64,000 nucleotides of DNA from Candidatus Scatosoma sp. (GCA_045644545.1 JAZRHC010000029.1:13868-77867); one strand, 5' to 3'; positions 10,327-18,828 are shown, numbered from the stretch's first letter. The notes: a model not told the origin generated them from the sequence alone. Numbers and translations are program-made.

Positions 10327-12378
10327 ATGGCAAAAATCAATATCTTACCTGCACAAGTCTACAACCGAATCGCGGCGGGCGAGGTCGTTGACAGACCGTA
10401 TTCCGTCGTCAAAGAGCTCGTGGAAAACGCGATCGACGCGGGCGCGAGCGAAGTCGAGATCTATATCGAGCAAGGCGGAAAGCAGTTGATTCGAGTCGTC
10501 GATAACGGCGGCGGGATCGCGCGCGACGATCTTCATTCGGCGTTTTTGCCGCACGCGACGAGCAAGATCAAAAAAGCGGAAGACTTGGAGAACGTTTTAA
10601 CGCTCGGCTTCCGCGGCGAAGCCGTCGCTTCGATCGCTTCCGTTTCGAAAATGACGATCACGTCCAAAACTAAAGACGGAAAATGTTACGCGCTCACATC
10701 GGATTTCGGCAAGCTCGGCAATATCGCCGAAGCCGCGGGACAGGACGGCACGGACGTTAAGGTGGAAATGCTGTTCGGCGCTACGCCCGTGCGTTTGAAG
10801 TTTTTAAAAACCGATAAAGCGGAAGAAACGGAAATCACGAACTTCGTTTCCCGTTTTATCCTTTGTCGCCCCGATATCGCCTTTACCTACTACGTAAACG
10901 GCAAAAAGGTTTTGCAGTCCTTCGGCGGCGGGGAAGACGAGGCGTTCGTTTCCGTCTACGGCACGTCCACGCTTCAAAATTGCTATAAAATCGACGCGCA
11001 AAAGAACGGTATCCGTATTCGCGGCTATATCGGCAACCAAAACTATTTCAAACCGAATAAAACCTATCAAAGTACGTTTTTGAACGGGCGGTATATTTTG
11101 AATATTACGCTTTCTACGGCGCTTCATAACGCGTATAAAAACTACGTTATGAAACGGCAGTATCCGTTCTACGTTTTATACGTCACGATGCCGACGGAAG
11201 TCGTGGACGTGAATGTTCACCCGAATAAATCGGACGTTCGTTTTGCGGATAACAATATCGTGTTCGCTTCCGTTTATTCGGTGATCTCGTCTATTTTAGA
11301 CGGCAAATCCTCGGCGATGGAGTATTTGACGAAAGATCAGCCCGCCGTTCCTCCGAAGGTGGAATTGCCTGCGTCTGCGCCCGTAGTTTCCACGGAGCCG
11401 CGCAAGCCGATTTTTGAAAAAACCGCGAGCGCGCCGTCCGCGAGCGCGCAAGAAACCTTTGGTTTTGCTTCGCTGAGCTACGAGGAAGCGAAAAATTCTC
11501 TTTATGAAAATAATCCATCTTTCCGTTCGCCGTCCAAACTGCCCGCGGAAAGGCTTCCCTTTAAGGTTGAACAAAGACCCGACGGCGAAAAAAAGGCGAC
11601 CGAACGGAAGCCTACGCCCAAGCTTAGCGGCTTGCAGAAGCAATTCCCCGACTTGTATTTTGAGCGTAGCGTTTTAGAGGTCAACGATTCGGGGGCTACG
11701 CCTGCCGAAAAATCTCCCGCACCTGAGGAAGAAGATATATTTGCCGCGAACAAGCGATTTTTAGAGGAGCTTGACGGCAAAGCGAAACAGAATAAGATCG
11801 ATATCGCTTCCTGCGTATTCGTGGGCAAGCTATTCAATACCTATCTTTTATACGAGCGTGGCGACGAGGCGTATCTTATCGATCAACACGCCGCGCACGA
11901 GCGCTTGATCTTCAACCGTTTAAAGGAAAATATGCAAAATCGCGAGATCGTAAAACAGCCGATGCTGTTGCCGTTCCGCTACGAGCTCAACGTCTTTGAA
12001 AGCGCGTTTATCAGCGAAAATCTTGAAAATATCCGCGCGATGGGATTCGATATCGAAGCCGACGGGGAAAGCGCGTTCGAGGTCTTTGCCGTGCCCGTCG
12101 ATCTTCAATTTATCGATCTTTCCCGTTTCTTCGACGAGTTGTTAGCGGATATCAGTGGCTTCCGCTCGATAAGGCTGGAAGAGCTTTTAAAAGACAAGCT
12201 TGCGATGGCGGCGTGCAAAGCCGCGGTGAAAGGCGGTATGGACTTGACCAAAGACGAGATCGACAGTCTCTTTAAGTTAATGGACGGCGATATGGGGCTG
12301 AAATGCCCGCACGGCAGACCCGTCGTCGTGAAAATGGCAAAAACGGAAATCGAAAAAATGTTCAAAAGGATCGTCTGA
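10327..12378 (+). CDS. mutL: DNA mismatch repair protein MutL
   Basis: N-terminal GHKL ATPase motifs are IAAGEVVDRPYSVVKELVENAIDAG and DNGGGI. C-terminal motifs are DQHAAHERL and CPHGRP. The central linker is low complexity. Confidence 0.95.
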   Translation: MAKINILPAQVYNRIAAGEVVDRPYSVVKELVENAIDAGASEVEIYIEQGGKQLIRVVDNGGGIARDDLHSAFLPHATSKIKKAEDLENVLTLGFRGEAVASIASVSKMTITSKTKDGKCYALTSDFGKLGNIAEAAGQDGTDVKVEMLFGATPVRLKFLKTDKAEETEITNFVSRFILCRPDIAFTYYVNGKKVLQSFGGGEDEAFVSVYGTSTLQNCYKIDAQKNGIRIRGYIGNQNYFKPNKTYQSTFLNGRYILNITLSTALHNAYKNYVMKRQYPFYVLYVTMPTEVVDVNVHPNKSDVRFADNNIVFASVYSVISSILDGKSSAMEYLTKDQPAVPPKVELPASAPVVSTEPRKPIFEKTASAPSASAQETFGFASLSYEEAKNSLYENNPSFRSPSKLPAERLPFKVEQRPDGEKKATERKPTPKLSGLQKQFPDLYFERSVLEVNDSGATPAEKSPAPEEEDIFAANKRFLEELDGKAKQNKIDIASCVFVGKLFNTYLLYERGDEAYLIDQHAAHERLIFNRLKENMQNREIVKQPMLLPFRYELNVFESAFISENLENIRAMGFDIEADGESAFEVFAVPVDLQFIDLSRFFDELLADISGFRSIRLEELLKDKLAMAACKAAVKGGMDLTKDEIDSLFKLMDGDMGLKCPHGRPVVVKMAKTEIEKMFKRIV

Positions 12379-13274
12379 TGCCGAAAGTACTCGTGATCTG
12401 CGGCGCGACTGCCTCGGGAAAAACCTCTTTGGCTGTCGCTTGCGCGCAAAAATTGAATACGGAAATTATTTCCGCCGATTCTATGCTGATCTATAAAGGC
12501 TTGAATATCGGCACGGCGAAGCCTACGGACGAGGAAAAGGGCGGTATAACGCATCATTTGATCGACGTAGCCGAGCCTTACGACCCGTTTTCTGTCAGCG
12601 ACTACGAAAAAGCCGCCTTGCCGATCGTCGAGCGGCTGCTTGCGCAAGGAAAAACGCCGATTATTTGCGGCGGTACGGGCTTTTATATCAATTCTTTGCT
12701 TTATAAAAGCGGGTTCGGCGGCGCGGGCGCGGACGAAAGGGTGCGCGCAAAATACGAGGAGCTTTTAGCGGAAAAAGGAAAAGAATATCTGCACGGGCTT
12801 TTGAAAGAAAAAGATCCCGAAAGCGCGGCGATTCTGCACCCAAACGATACCAAGCGCGTGATCCGCGCGATAGAGATCTTCGAGGTTACGGGCAGGAAAA
12901 AGTCCGAACAAAACGACGAGCCCGTGCCGCGCTTTGAATTTGCGGCGGTTTCTATCGAGTATGCTCGCGAAGCTTTATACGAACGGATAAACCGTCGCGT
13001 AGACGATATGTTCGAGGCGGGGCTGAAAGAAGAGGTGCAAAGCTTGCTCGATCGTGGCGTAACGGTGGAAAATCAATGTATGCAAGGCATAGGATATAAA
13101 GAGCTTGCGGAAGGGATAAAAGGCGGCGCTTCCGACGAGGCGATCAAAGAGCTGATTAAAAAGAATACCCGAAACTATGCAAAACGGCAAATTACCTTCT
13201 TTAAAAGAATGAAAAATCATACGATATTGCCCGCAAATCAAGCGACGGCAGAGGAAGTATTAAAGCTTCTTTAA
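12378..13274 (+). CDS. miaA: tRNA dimethylallyltransferase MiaA
   Basis: P-loop VICGATASGKTSLA and the SADSMLIYKGLNIGTAKP motif. ATG at 12378 overlaps the mutL TGA (TGATG). The ORF-track start at 12303 lies inside mutL. Confidence 0.9.
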   Translation: MPKVLVICGATASGKTSLAVACAQKLNTEIISADSMLIYKGLNIGTAKPTDEEKGGITHHLIDVAEPYDPFSVSDYEKAALPIVERLLAQGKTPIICGGTGFYINSLLYKSGFGGAGADERVRAKYEELLAEKGKEYLHGLLKEKDPESAAILHPNDTKRVIRAIEIFEVTGRKKSEQNDEPVPRFEFAAVSIEYAREALYERINRRVDDMFEAGLKEEVQSLLDRGVTVENQCMQGIGYKELAEGIKGGASDEAIKELIKKNTRNYAKRQITFFKRMKNHTILPANQATAEEVLKLL

Positions 13275-13352
13275 AAGAGTATTATGTCAGACAAAATACC
13301 TATATCTGACATAACAACAATGACAGACATACTACTAAAAACGGAGAAAATT

Positions 13353-14579
13353 ATGACGGCAGAAAGGCTTATCAAAGAAAGCGAAGCGGCTTTAAAAGAA
13401 AAATTCGCTATGGCAGATGAAATCAGCGAATACAACCAAGAAAAGGTTTTAAAAGCCTTTAATAAGCGCGGGATCGCGCTTAGGCATTTTAACCCCACGA
13501 CGGGCTACGGCTACGGCGACGAAGGGCGTTACGCGCTCGGCGAGACGTTTGCCGACGCGTTCGGTGCGGAAAGCGGTATCGTTTCGCCCGCTCTGCTCAG
13601 CGGTACGCACGCGCTCAGCGTGGCGTTGTTCGGCGTTTTAAGACCAAACGACGAGGTCGTCTGTATTTCGGGAATGCCGTACGATACATTGCGCGGCGTG
13701 ATCTACGGCGAAGGGAACGGCTCGCTCAAAGAATTCGGCGTGGAATTTCGGTGCGTTGAATTAGGACAAAACGGAAAATTCGATAAAAACGCGATCAAAG
13801 AAAACCTTGAAAAATACGGCGAAAAAGTAAAAATGGTTTATATCCAGCGTTCCCGCGGCTACGAGCTTCGCGACGCTTTCTCCGTTGAAGAAATCAAGGA
13901 GATATGCGCGTTCGTCCGCGAAAGGGGTTTTAAAGGCTGTATTTTCGTCGATAATTGCTATGGCGAATTCGTGGAAAAGAAAGAGCCTTGCGAGGTCGGC
14001 GCGGATATAGCGGTCGGCTCGCTCATTAAAAATCCCGGCGGTGGGCTCGCGCCGACGGGCGGTTATATCGTCGGCAAAGAAAAGTATATCGATCTGATCG
14101 GTAGGCGGCTCACCGCGCCGTCGATCGGCAACGAGGTCGGCTCGTACGCCTACGGTTATCGTCTTTTCTATCAAGGGCTGTTTTTAGCGCCGCACGTGGT
14201 AAATCAAGCGATCAAGGGCAGTCTTCTGATCGGGAAATGTATGGAAACGCTCGGCTACGAGAATTTCCCCAAGCTCGATAAAACGCCCGCGGATATCACC
14301 CGTGCGATACGCTTCGACACGGCGAAACAGCTTTGCGACTTTATTCAGTCCGTGCAGGACTCCTCGCCCGTGGACAGCTTCGTAACCCTCGAAGCGTGGG
14401 ATATGCCGGGGTACGATAGCAAAGTGATTATGGCGGCAGGTTGTTTCGTGGAAGGCTCTTCGATCGAGCTTTCCGCCGACGCTCCCGTAAAAGAGCCGTA
14501 CACCGCGTATTTTCAAGGCGGCTTGACCTACGAACATTCCAAATACGCGTTAAAGCTGATTTTGAAAAGATTGTTGTAG
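13353..14579 (+). CDS. PLP-dependent C-S lyase-like protein (COG4100, YnbB / 'aluminium resistance' family)
   Basis: N-terminus KVLKAFNKRGIALRHFNPTTGYGYGDEGR is typical of this family. ATG at 13353 follows GGAG (13343-13346). Confidence 0.7.
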   Translation: MTAERLIKESEAALKEKFAMADEISEYNQEKVLKAFNKRGIALRHFNPTTGYGYGDEGRYALGETFADAFGAESGIVSPALLSGTHALSVALFGVLRPNDEVVCISGMPYDTLRGVIYGEGNGSLKEFGVEFRCVELGQNGKFDKNAIKENLEKYGEKVKMVYIQRSRGYELRDAFSVEEIKEICAFVRERGFKGCIFVDNCYGEFVEKKEPCEVGADIAVGSLIKNPGGGLAPTGGYIVGKEKYIDLIGRRLTAPSIGNEVGSYAYGYRLFYQGLFLAPHVVNQAIKGSLLIGKCMETLGYENFPKLDKTPADITRAIRFDTAKQLCDFIQSVQDSSPVDSFVTLEAWDMPGYDSKVIMAAGCFVEGSSIELSADAPVKEPYTAYFQGGLTYEHSKYALKLILKRLL

Positions 14580-14671
14580 CTCTACGCGGCGTAGAGAAGC
14601 GTAAACTCTACGCTTTGTGGGAGAAAATTCAAGTGTTTTTATGATAGAATAAAAGCACAGGAGGCGAAACT

Positions 14672-15298
14672 ATGGATCAGAAAAAAACGGGCGAATTTAT
14701 CGCCGAACTTCGAAGGGAAAAGGGGCTCACGCAACGCGAGCTCGCCGAACGGCTGTTGCTTAGCGACAAAACGGTTTCCAAGTGGGAATGTGGCAAAGGC
14801 TTTCCTGAGGTTTCGTTAATGTTGCCGCTTTGCGAAATTTTGGATATCAGCGTGAACGAGCTTCTTTCGGGCCATAGGCTGACCGCTTCCGAGCATAAAA
14901 AGGAGGCGGAAATAGCGGTTATGGCTTACGTAAAAGAAAAAGAAGAAGCGAAATTTCGTTTGCGCTTGATGCCGCTGGTGTTGATTTTAACGCTTCTTGC
15001 GGGGATAACGCTTATTATGGTAGCGGAATATTTTCAAGACGATACGTTGATTTTCACGTTGCTACTCGTGATCGGTTTCGTGGTTATGTTTTTAGGCGCA
15101 GGAATTGCGTTTGCGTTAGAAATGCGTCGGGCGATTTTCGAGTGTCCCAAATGCTCGCATCGATTTATGCCTACCCGTAAAGCGTTTTTTTTCAGTACGC
15201 ACGCGCATACGTCGCATAAATTGAAATGCCCGAAATGCGGCGTGAAAAGTATGTGCAAACGAAAATTGTCTTTGATAGAAGACGAAAAAGCCGAATAA
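14672..15298 (+). CDS. XRE-family HTH protein with two TM helices and a C-terminal zinc ribbon
   Basis: HTH region is LRREKGLTQRELAERLLLSDKTVSKWECGKGFP. TM stretches are LMPLVLILTLLAGITLIMV and LLLVIGFVVMFLGAGIAFAL. Zinc-ribbon cysteines are CPKC...CPKC. Confidence 0.7.
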   Translation: MDQKKTGEFIAELRREKGLTQRELAERLLLSDKTVSKWECGKGFPEVSLMLPLCEILDISVNELLSGHRLTASEHKKEAEIAVMAYVKEKEEAKFRLRLMPLVLILTLLAGITLIMVAEYFQDDTLIFTLLLVIGFVVMFLGAGIAFALEMRRAIFECPKCSHRFMPTRKAFFFSTHAHTSHKLKCPKCGVKSMCKRKLSLIEDEKAE

Positions 15299-15305
15299 AA
15301 AACGA

Positions 15306-15329
15306 AAAGGAAGCCATTCGGCTTCCTTT
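15306..15329. terminator. Hairpin between convergent genes
   Basis: The stem aaaggaagcc / ggcttccttt flanks a 4-nt loop, with A/T runs on both sides. Confidence 0.6.
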
Positions 15330-15334
15330 AAATT

Positions 15335-16003
15335 TTATTTCGTCAAATCCCAGTCGATCGGCTCTAAGCCGTTTCGGATAAGATATTCGTTTGTTTTGGA
15401 AAAAGGCTTCGACCCGAAAAATCCGTTGTACGCCGAAAGGGGCGAGGGATGTACGCTTTCGATAATATAATGCTTGGTTTCGTCGATCAACGGCTTTTTG
15501 CTCCGCGCATTTCCGCCCCAAAGAATAAACGCCACGTTCTTCTTCTTTTCGGAAATTAAAGAAATCACGCTGTCGGTAAACCACGCCCACCCGCATTTAG
15601 AATGGGAATTCGCCTGATGTTCGCGGACGGTCAAAGAAGTGTTTAAAAGCAAAACGCCTTCCTTTGCCCATTTCGTCAAATTCCCGCTCTTTGGCAAATC
15701 GCAACCGATATCGCTTTTTAGCTCTTTGAAAATATTTTCAAGCGACGGAGGATTCGGCACGCCGTCTTGAACGGAAAAACAAAGCCCGTGCGCCTGCTTA
15801 GGTCCGTGATAGGGGTCTTGCCCGAGCAACACGACTTTCAGCTTTTCAAACGGCGTAAAGCGAAAGCAGTTATATAAATCGTACATATCGGGATATACCG
15901 TGTGCGTATTATATTCGTCGATTAAAAACCGACGGATTTTTTTATACCGCTCGTCCGCGAACAGCGGCGCGAGCACTTCGTTCCAATCCCCCAAATCAAC
16001 CAT
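15335..16003 (-). CDS. ung: Uracil-DNA glycosylase
   Basis: Motifs LGQDPYHGPKQAHGLCFSV and HPSPLSA. Length is 222 aa. Confidence 0.9.
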   Translation of the reverse strand: MVDLGDWNEVLAPLFADERYKKIRRFLIDEYNTHTVYPDMYDLYNCFRFTPFEKLKVVLLGQDPYHGPKQAHGLCFSVQDGVPNPPSLENIFKELKSDIGCDLPKSGNLTKWAKEGVLLLNTSLTVREHQANSHSKCGWAWFTDSVISLISEKKKNVAFILWGGNARSKKPLIDETKHYIIESVHPSPLSAYNGFFGSKPFSKTNEYLIRNGLEPIDWDLTK

Positions 16004-16017
16004 TTTCGGCGCTCCTT

Positions 16018-16674
16018 TTAAAGTTCTTCGAAAATTTGGGGCAAAGCCTTTTGCAGATTTTTTAAAGCCTTGTCCTTATTTTTTAAAAATTGCTCGGTCG
16101 TGCTTCCGCTTCCCGCCACGTCGGAAATAGCTTTCACGGAAAATACGGGCAATTTCGCCGCGTACGCCGCCTGAACGATCGCCGCGCCTTCCATATCGCG
16201 AATATCCGCATTCAGCTCTTTCGTTAAAAGCTCGTAGTCTGCGGGGGAATCGTTAAATCGGTCGGAAGTGCCGAGCGAGCGAACGGGAAACGCCGATTTA
16301 AAAAGATGAAGCGCGAGATAATTTTCCGCGTATTCGTCGAGCGTGCCGATCTTCGTGCCGTTGAGCTGGGTTAAATCGAAATCGAATTGCACGGCTTGCC
16401 CGATTTGATAAACGGCGCAAAGCTCCGTGTTTTCGTTAAGTCCGCCCGCCACGCCGAAATTCAAAAGCTTTTCCGCGTCGAATTTACTAATCAAAAGCTG
16501 CGCGCCGAGCGCGGCGTTGACTTTTCCGACTCCGCAAACGCAAACCGCAACTTCTTTGCCGTAAGCTTCTCCAACCCAAACTTTTTTACCGCTAACCGTT
16601 AAAGAACGGAAAATTTTCATTTCGTCCAGCAGAATATCCGCTTCGCTTTGCATTGCAATCACTGCACCGATCAT
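16018..16674 (-). CDS. mtnN: 5'-methylthioadenosine/S-adenosylhomocysteine nucleosidase
   Basis: Matches the pattern of E. coli Pfs: IGAVIAMQSEA, GVGKVNAALGAQLL, VAGGL, DMEGAAIVQ, VKAISDVA. Confidence 0.85.
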   Translation of the reverse strand: MIGAVIAMQSEADILLDEMKIFRSLTVSGKKVWVGEAYGKEVAVCVCGVGKVNAALGAQLLISKFDAEKLLNFGVAGGLNENTELCAVYQIGQAVQFDFDLTQLNGTKIGTLDEYAENYLALHLFKSAFPVRSLGTSDRFNDSPADYELLTKELNADIRDMEGAAIVQAAYAAKLPVFSVKAISDVAGSGSTTEQFLKNKDKALKNLQKALPQIFEEL

Positions 16675-16771
16675 ACTAAAACTCCTTCTTATATGCGCAT
16701 ATTACCGCGCGTTATTATTTCCTCTCAAAATAGTGTAGCAAATTTTCGAAAAATAATCAATCAAATGAACG

Positions 16772-16806
16772 CAAAAAATAAAATTCCCTTGCCAAACGCA
16801 GGGGAA
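16772..16806 (-). terminator. Intrinsic terminator downstream of the PPTase-like gene
   Basis: Read on the minus strand, the hairpin ttcccctg...caagggaa is followed by ttttatttttt. Confidence 0.55.
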
Positions 16807-16819
16807 AGTGATATAATAT

Positions 16820-17305
16820 TTAAAAACGCACGAAACGCACGGGCGATTTTTCTCTCGTGCATACGCTTACGAAATGCCCGTCTTTTTCAAACGTCGAAAA
16901 GCACAACGCAGAGTCGTTTTTTAAAAGCCGTTTGCCGACGATTGCAATGCTTTTGCCCAAATACTTCACAGCGCTTTCGAATGCAGTCCATTCCCGCAAA
17001 AACGCTTCCAAGCTTTCGGGAACAGGAGAGAAAAAGGGGAATCTTTTCACGATAGGAAGAAAATTAACCGTTCTCGTCCTTTCTTCCGCGTCCAACCCGA
17101 CGGGCTGAGAGGAAACCGCGACGAAAAGGAGCTTTTTCGTATGCGAAACGGAAAAGAACGGCGCGCCGTTTTTCAAAAAGGATTTGCCGTGTTCGTTTCG
17201 GTAAAATTCAGCGTTTTCTATTCCGTAACGCTCTGAAAAAATTTTGCGTAGCGCGCTTTCGGTCGAAGAAAAGGCGTTGCGCTCCGTGTAAAAAATTTCG
17301 ATCAT
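16820..17305 (-). CDS. 4'-phosphopantetheinyl transferase superfamily protein (short Sfp-like)
   Basis: The pattern HGKSFL...FFSVSHTKKLLFVAVSSQPVGLDAE...WTAFESAVKYLGKSI resembles Sfp GKP...FNISHSG...IGIDIE...W(T/S)xKEAxxK. At 161 aa its N-terminus is shorter than Sfp. Confidence 0.55.
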   Translation of the reverse strand: MIEIFYTERNAFSSTESALRKIFSERYGIENAEFYRNEHGKSFLKNGAPFFSVSHTKKLLFVAVSSQPVGLDAEERTRTVNFLPIVKRFPFFSPVPESLEAFLREWTAFESAVKYLGKSIAIVGKRLLKNDSALCFSTFEKDGHFVSVCTREKSPVRFVRF

Positions 17306-17311
17306 ATCTTT

Positions 17312-17340
17312 ATTATAACAGGAGAAAACGAAAATGTCAA
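17312..17340 (-). promoter_or_regulatory. Consensus sigmaA promoter placing the transcription start on the ATG of the PPTase-like gene
   Basis: On the minus strand: TTGACA (17340-17335), a 17-nt spacer, TATAAT (17317-17312), then aaagat, then ATG (17305). Confidence 0.5.
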
Positions 17341-17435
17341 GAGCAGAAAAGGCAAAAGAATATTTCGAAGCGGGCTATAATTGCGCGCAGGCGGTCGCGC
17401 TAGCTTTTGAAGAGAAAAAAAGGATTATAAAATAA
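17334..17435 (+). pseudogene. 33-codon remnant resembling the N-terminus of a C_GCAxxG_C_C family protein
   Basis: It encodes MSRAEKAKEYFEAGYNCAQAVALAFEEKKRIIK*. The YNCAQAV context matches the start of proteins that are normally 130-150 aa. AGGAG lies 9 nt upstream and a hairpin follows directly. Confidence 0.4.
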
Positions 17436-17437
17436 AG

Positions 17438-17472
17438 AAAACGCTTTCCACGTTTAGAGAGGGAAGCGTTTT
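17438..17472. terminator. Hairpin between the small ORF and the 3' end of the SRP RNA
   Basis: The arm aaaacgctttcc (17438-17449) pairs with gggaagcgtttt (17461-17472), with one mismatch. Confidence 0.55.
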
Positions 17473-17484
17473 AAACGAAAAAAA

Positions 17485-17752
17485 CTGCGCGATCCTTTTT
17501 TGCCGAAATTTACCGAAGCGTAAACGCCGCAGGTGACTCCTTCAAAGCTACCTTATGGCACACGCGAACATCCGCTTAGTGCTGCTACGTTCCCGTCCTG
17601 ACACGGTTCACGGCATCACGTTGCATAAGACCTTGATATCAACGTTCCTTACGGCGCGCAGCCTTCCATAAACTTCGTCGGGAAAGGCGTTCGGCTCCGT
17701 ATAGCGGATTTCGGATGCAGGGTGCCGCTAACTCCCCACCTACGCGCAGCCA
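17485..17752 (-). ncRNA. ffs: Signal recognition particle RNA, long Bacillus-type with an Alu domain
   Basis: The minus strand reads GUGUCAGGACGGGAACGUAGCAGCACUAAGCGGAUGUUCGCGUGUGCCAUAAGGUAGCU. This is near-colinear with E. coli 4.5S GUCAGGUCCGGAAGGAAGCAGCCAAGGCAGAUGACGCGUGUGCCGGGAUGUAGCU. The 5' CUGCGCGUAGGUGGGG is complementary to 3' CACCUGCGG / CGCGCAG. A U-run sits at the 3' end. The ends are approximate. Confidence 0.9.
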
Positions 17753-17756
17753 GTAT

Positions 17757-17785
17757 ATTATACACTATTTTTTTTCGAGTTGCAA
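17757..17785 (-). promoter_or_regulatory. SigmaA-type promoter of the SRP RNA
   Basis: On the minus strand: TTGCAA (17785-17780), a 17-nt spacer, then TATAAT (17762-17757). Confidence 0.6.
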
Positions 17786-17858
17786 GCGTTTTTGCGTGAT
17801 TTTTCGAGCCAAATAAAAACAGTTTTTGTCAAACCTACCCGAAAAACGCGAAAATGCG

Positions 17859-17887
17859 TTGACAAACTCGCGCGAAAGGGCTATAAT
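17859..17887 (+). promoter_or_regulatory. Consensus sigmaA promoter of the Mrp/NBP35 gene
   Basis: TTGACA (17859-17864), a 17-nt spacer, then TATAAT (17882-17887). Confidence 0.65.
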
Positions 17888-17913
17888 AATAAGCGTTTAA
17901 AAAGGAGAAGAAT

Positions 17914-18750
17914 ATGGCAGAAAATTGTTCGCATAATTGTTCGAGCTGTTCTTCCAATTGCTCTTCCCGCAAAACGGAAAGCCTTTTGAAAGAACCTCAT
18001 AAAAAATCTACGATAAAAAAAGTGATCGGCGTCGTCAGCGGCAAAGGCGGGGTCGGGAAATCCTTTACGACCGCTCTTTTGGCGGCGTTTGCCAACAAGC
18101 AGGGAAAATCCGTCGGGATAATGGACGCGGACGTAACGGGTCCGTCCATTCCTCACGCGTTCGGCGTAACCGACCACGCGACGGGCAGCGAAGCGGGGAT
18201 CGATACCGTTTTAACGCCGTCGGGAATCCAGCTGATGTCTATGAATTTATTGCTCGACGAAGCGACTACGCCCGTTATTTGGCGCGGTATGGTGATTTCG
18301 GGCACGGTAATGCAGTTCTGGACGGACGTTGTTTGGAAGGATATCGACGTGTTGTTTATCGATATGCCGCCCGGAACGGGGGACGTTCCGCTCACGGTGT
18401 TTCAAAGTATTCCGCTTGCGGGGATCGTAATCGTTACCACGCCACAAGACTTGGTCAAAATGGTCGTGGAAAAAGCGGTGAATATGGCGAATATTATGCA
18501 TATTCCCGTGCTCGGTATCGTGGAGAATATGAGCTATCTCGCCTGCCCCGATTGCGGTAAAAAAATCGAAGTTTTCGGGCGCAGTAAAGTCGAGGATATT
18601 GCAAAAGAATACGCCATTCCCGCGATCGCCCGAATTCCGCTCGATCCGAAAATTGCCGAGCTTGCCGACGAAGGCAGAATCGAAGATTATGAAACGGCGG
18701 CGCTTGCGGATATTTTCAAGCAGATAGAAAACGCTCCTGATCTCAAATAA
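17914..18750 (+). CDS. Mrp/NBP35 (ApbC) family Fe-S cluster carrier ATPase
   Basis: Deviant Walker A is VVSGKGGVGKS. The Cys-rich N-terminus is CSHNCSSCSSNCSS. A CPDCGKKIEVFG motif is present. Confidence 0.85.
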   Translation: MAENCSHNCSSCSSNCSSRKTESLLKEPHKKSTIKKVIGVVSGKGGVGKSFTTALLAAFANKQGKSVGIMDADVTGPSIPHAFGVTDHATGSEAGIDTVLTPSGIQLMSMNLLLDEATTPVIWRGMVISGTVMQFWTDVVWKDIDVLFIDMPPGTGDVPLTVFQSIPLAGIVIVTTPQDLVKMVVEKAVNMANIMHIPVLGIVENMSYLACPDCGKKIEVFGRSKVEDIAKEYAIPAIARIPLDPKIAELADEGRIEDYETAALADIFKQIENAPDLK

Positions 18751-18752
18751 GA

Positions 18753-18789
18753 AAAACGGGTTTTGAAGGAAATTTCAAAGCCCGTTTTT
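18753..18789 (+). terminator. Intrinsic terminator
   Basis: The stem aaaacgggttttgaa / ttcaaagcccgtttt is followed by a T-run. Confidence 0.65.
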
Positions 18790-18828
18790 GAAATTTTCAC
18801 GAAAATTTAAAATTTGGCGAATAGCTCG

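Noticed and set aside
12303-12377. Extended miaA start inside mutL. Similar 5' extensions appear in the ORF track at 19468, 22664, 26625, 39119, 42533, 43467 and 45346.
   Set aside because: The extensions are R/K-rich, overlap upstream genes or promoters, and lack an RBS. In each case a downstream ATG with a GGAG-type RBS restores the conserved family N-terminus.
16789-16817. + strand TTGCCA-17 nt-TATAAT promoter-like sequence pointing into the antisense of the PPTase gene
   Set aside because: The same bases form the minus-strand terminator hairpin and U-run of the PPTase gene. No + strand coding or RNA feature follows for about 500 nt. A possible antisense transcript cannot be excluded, but it is unsupported.
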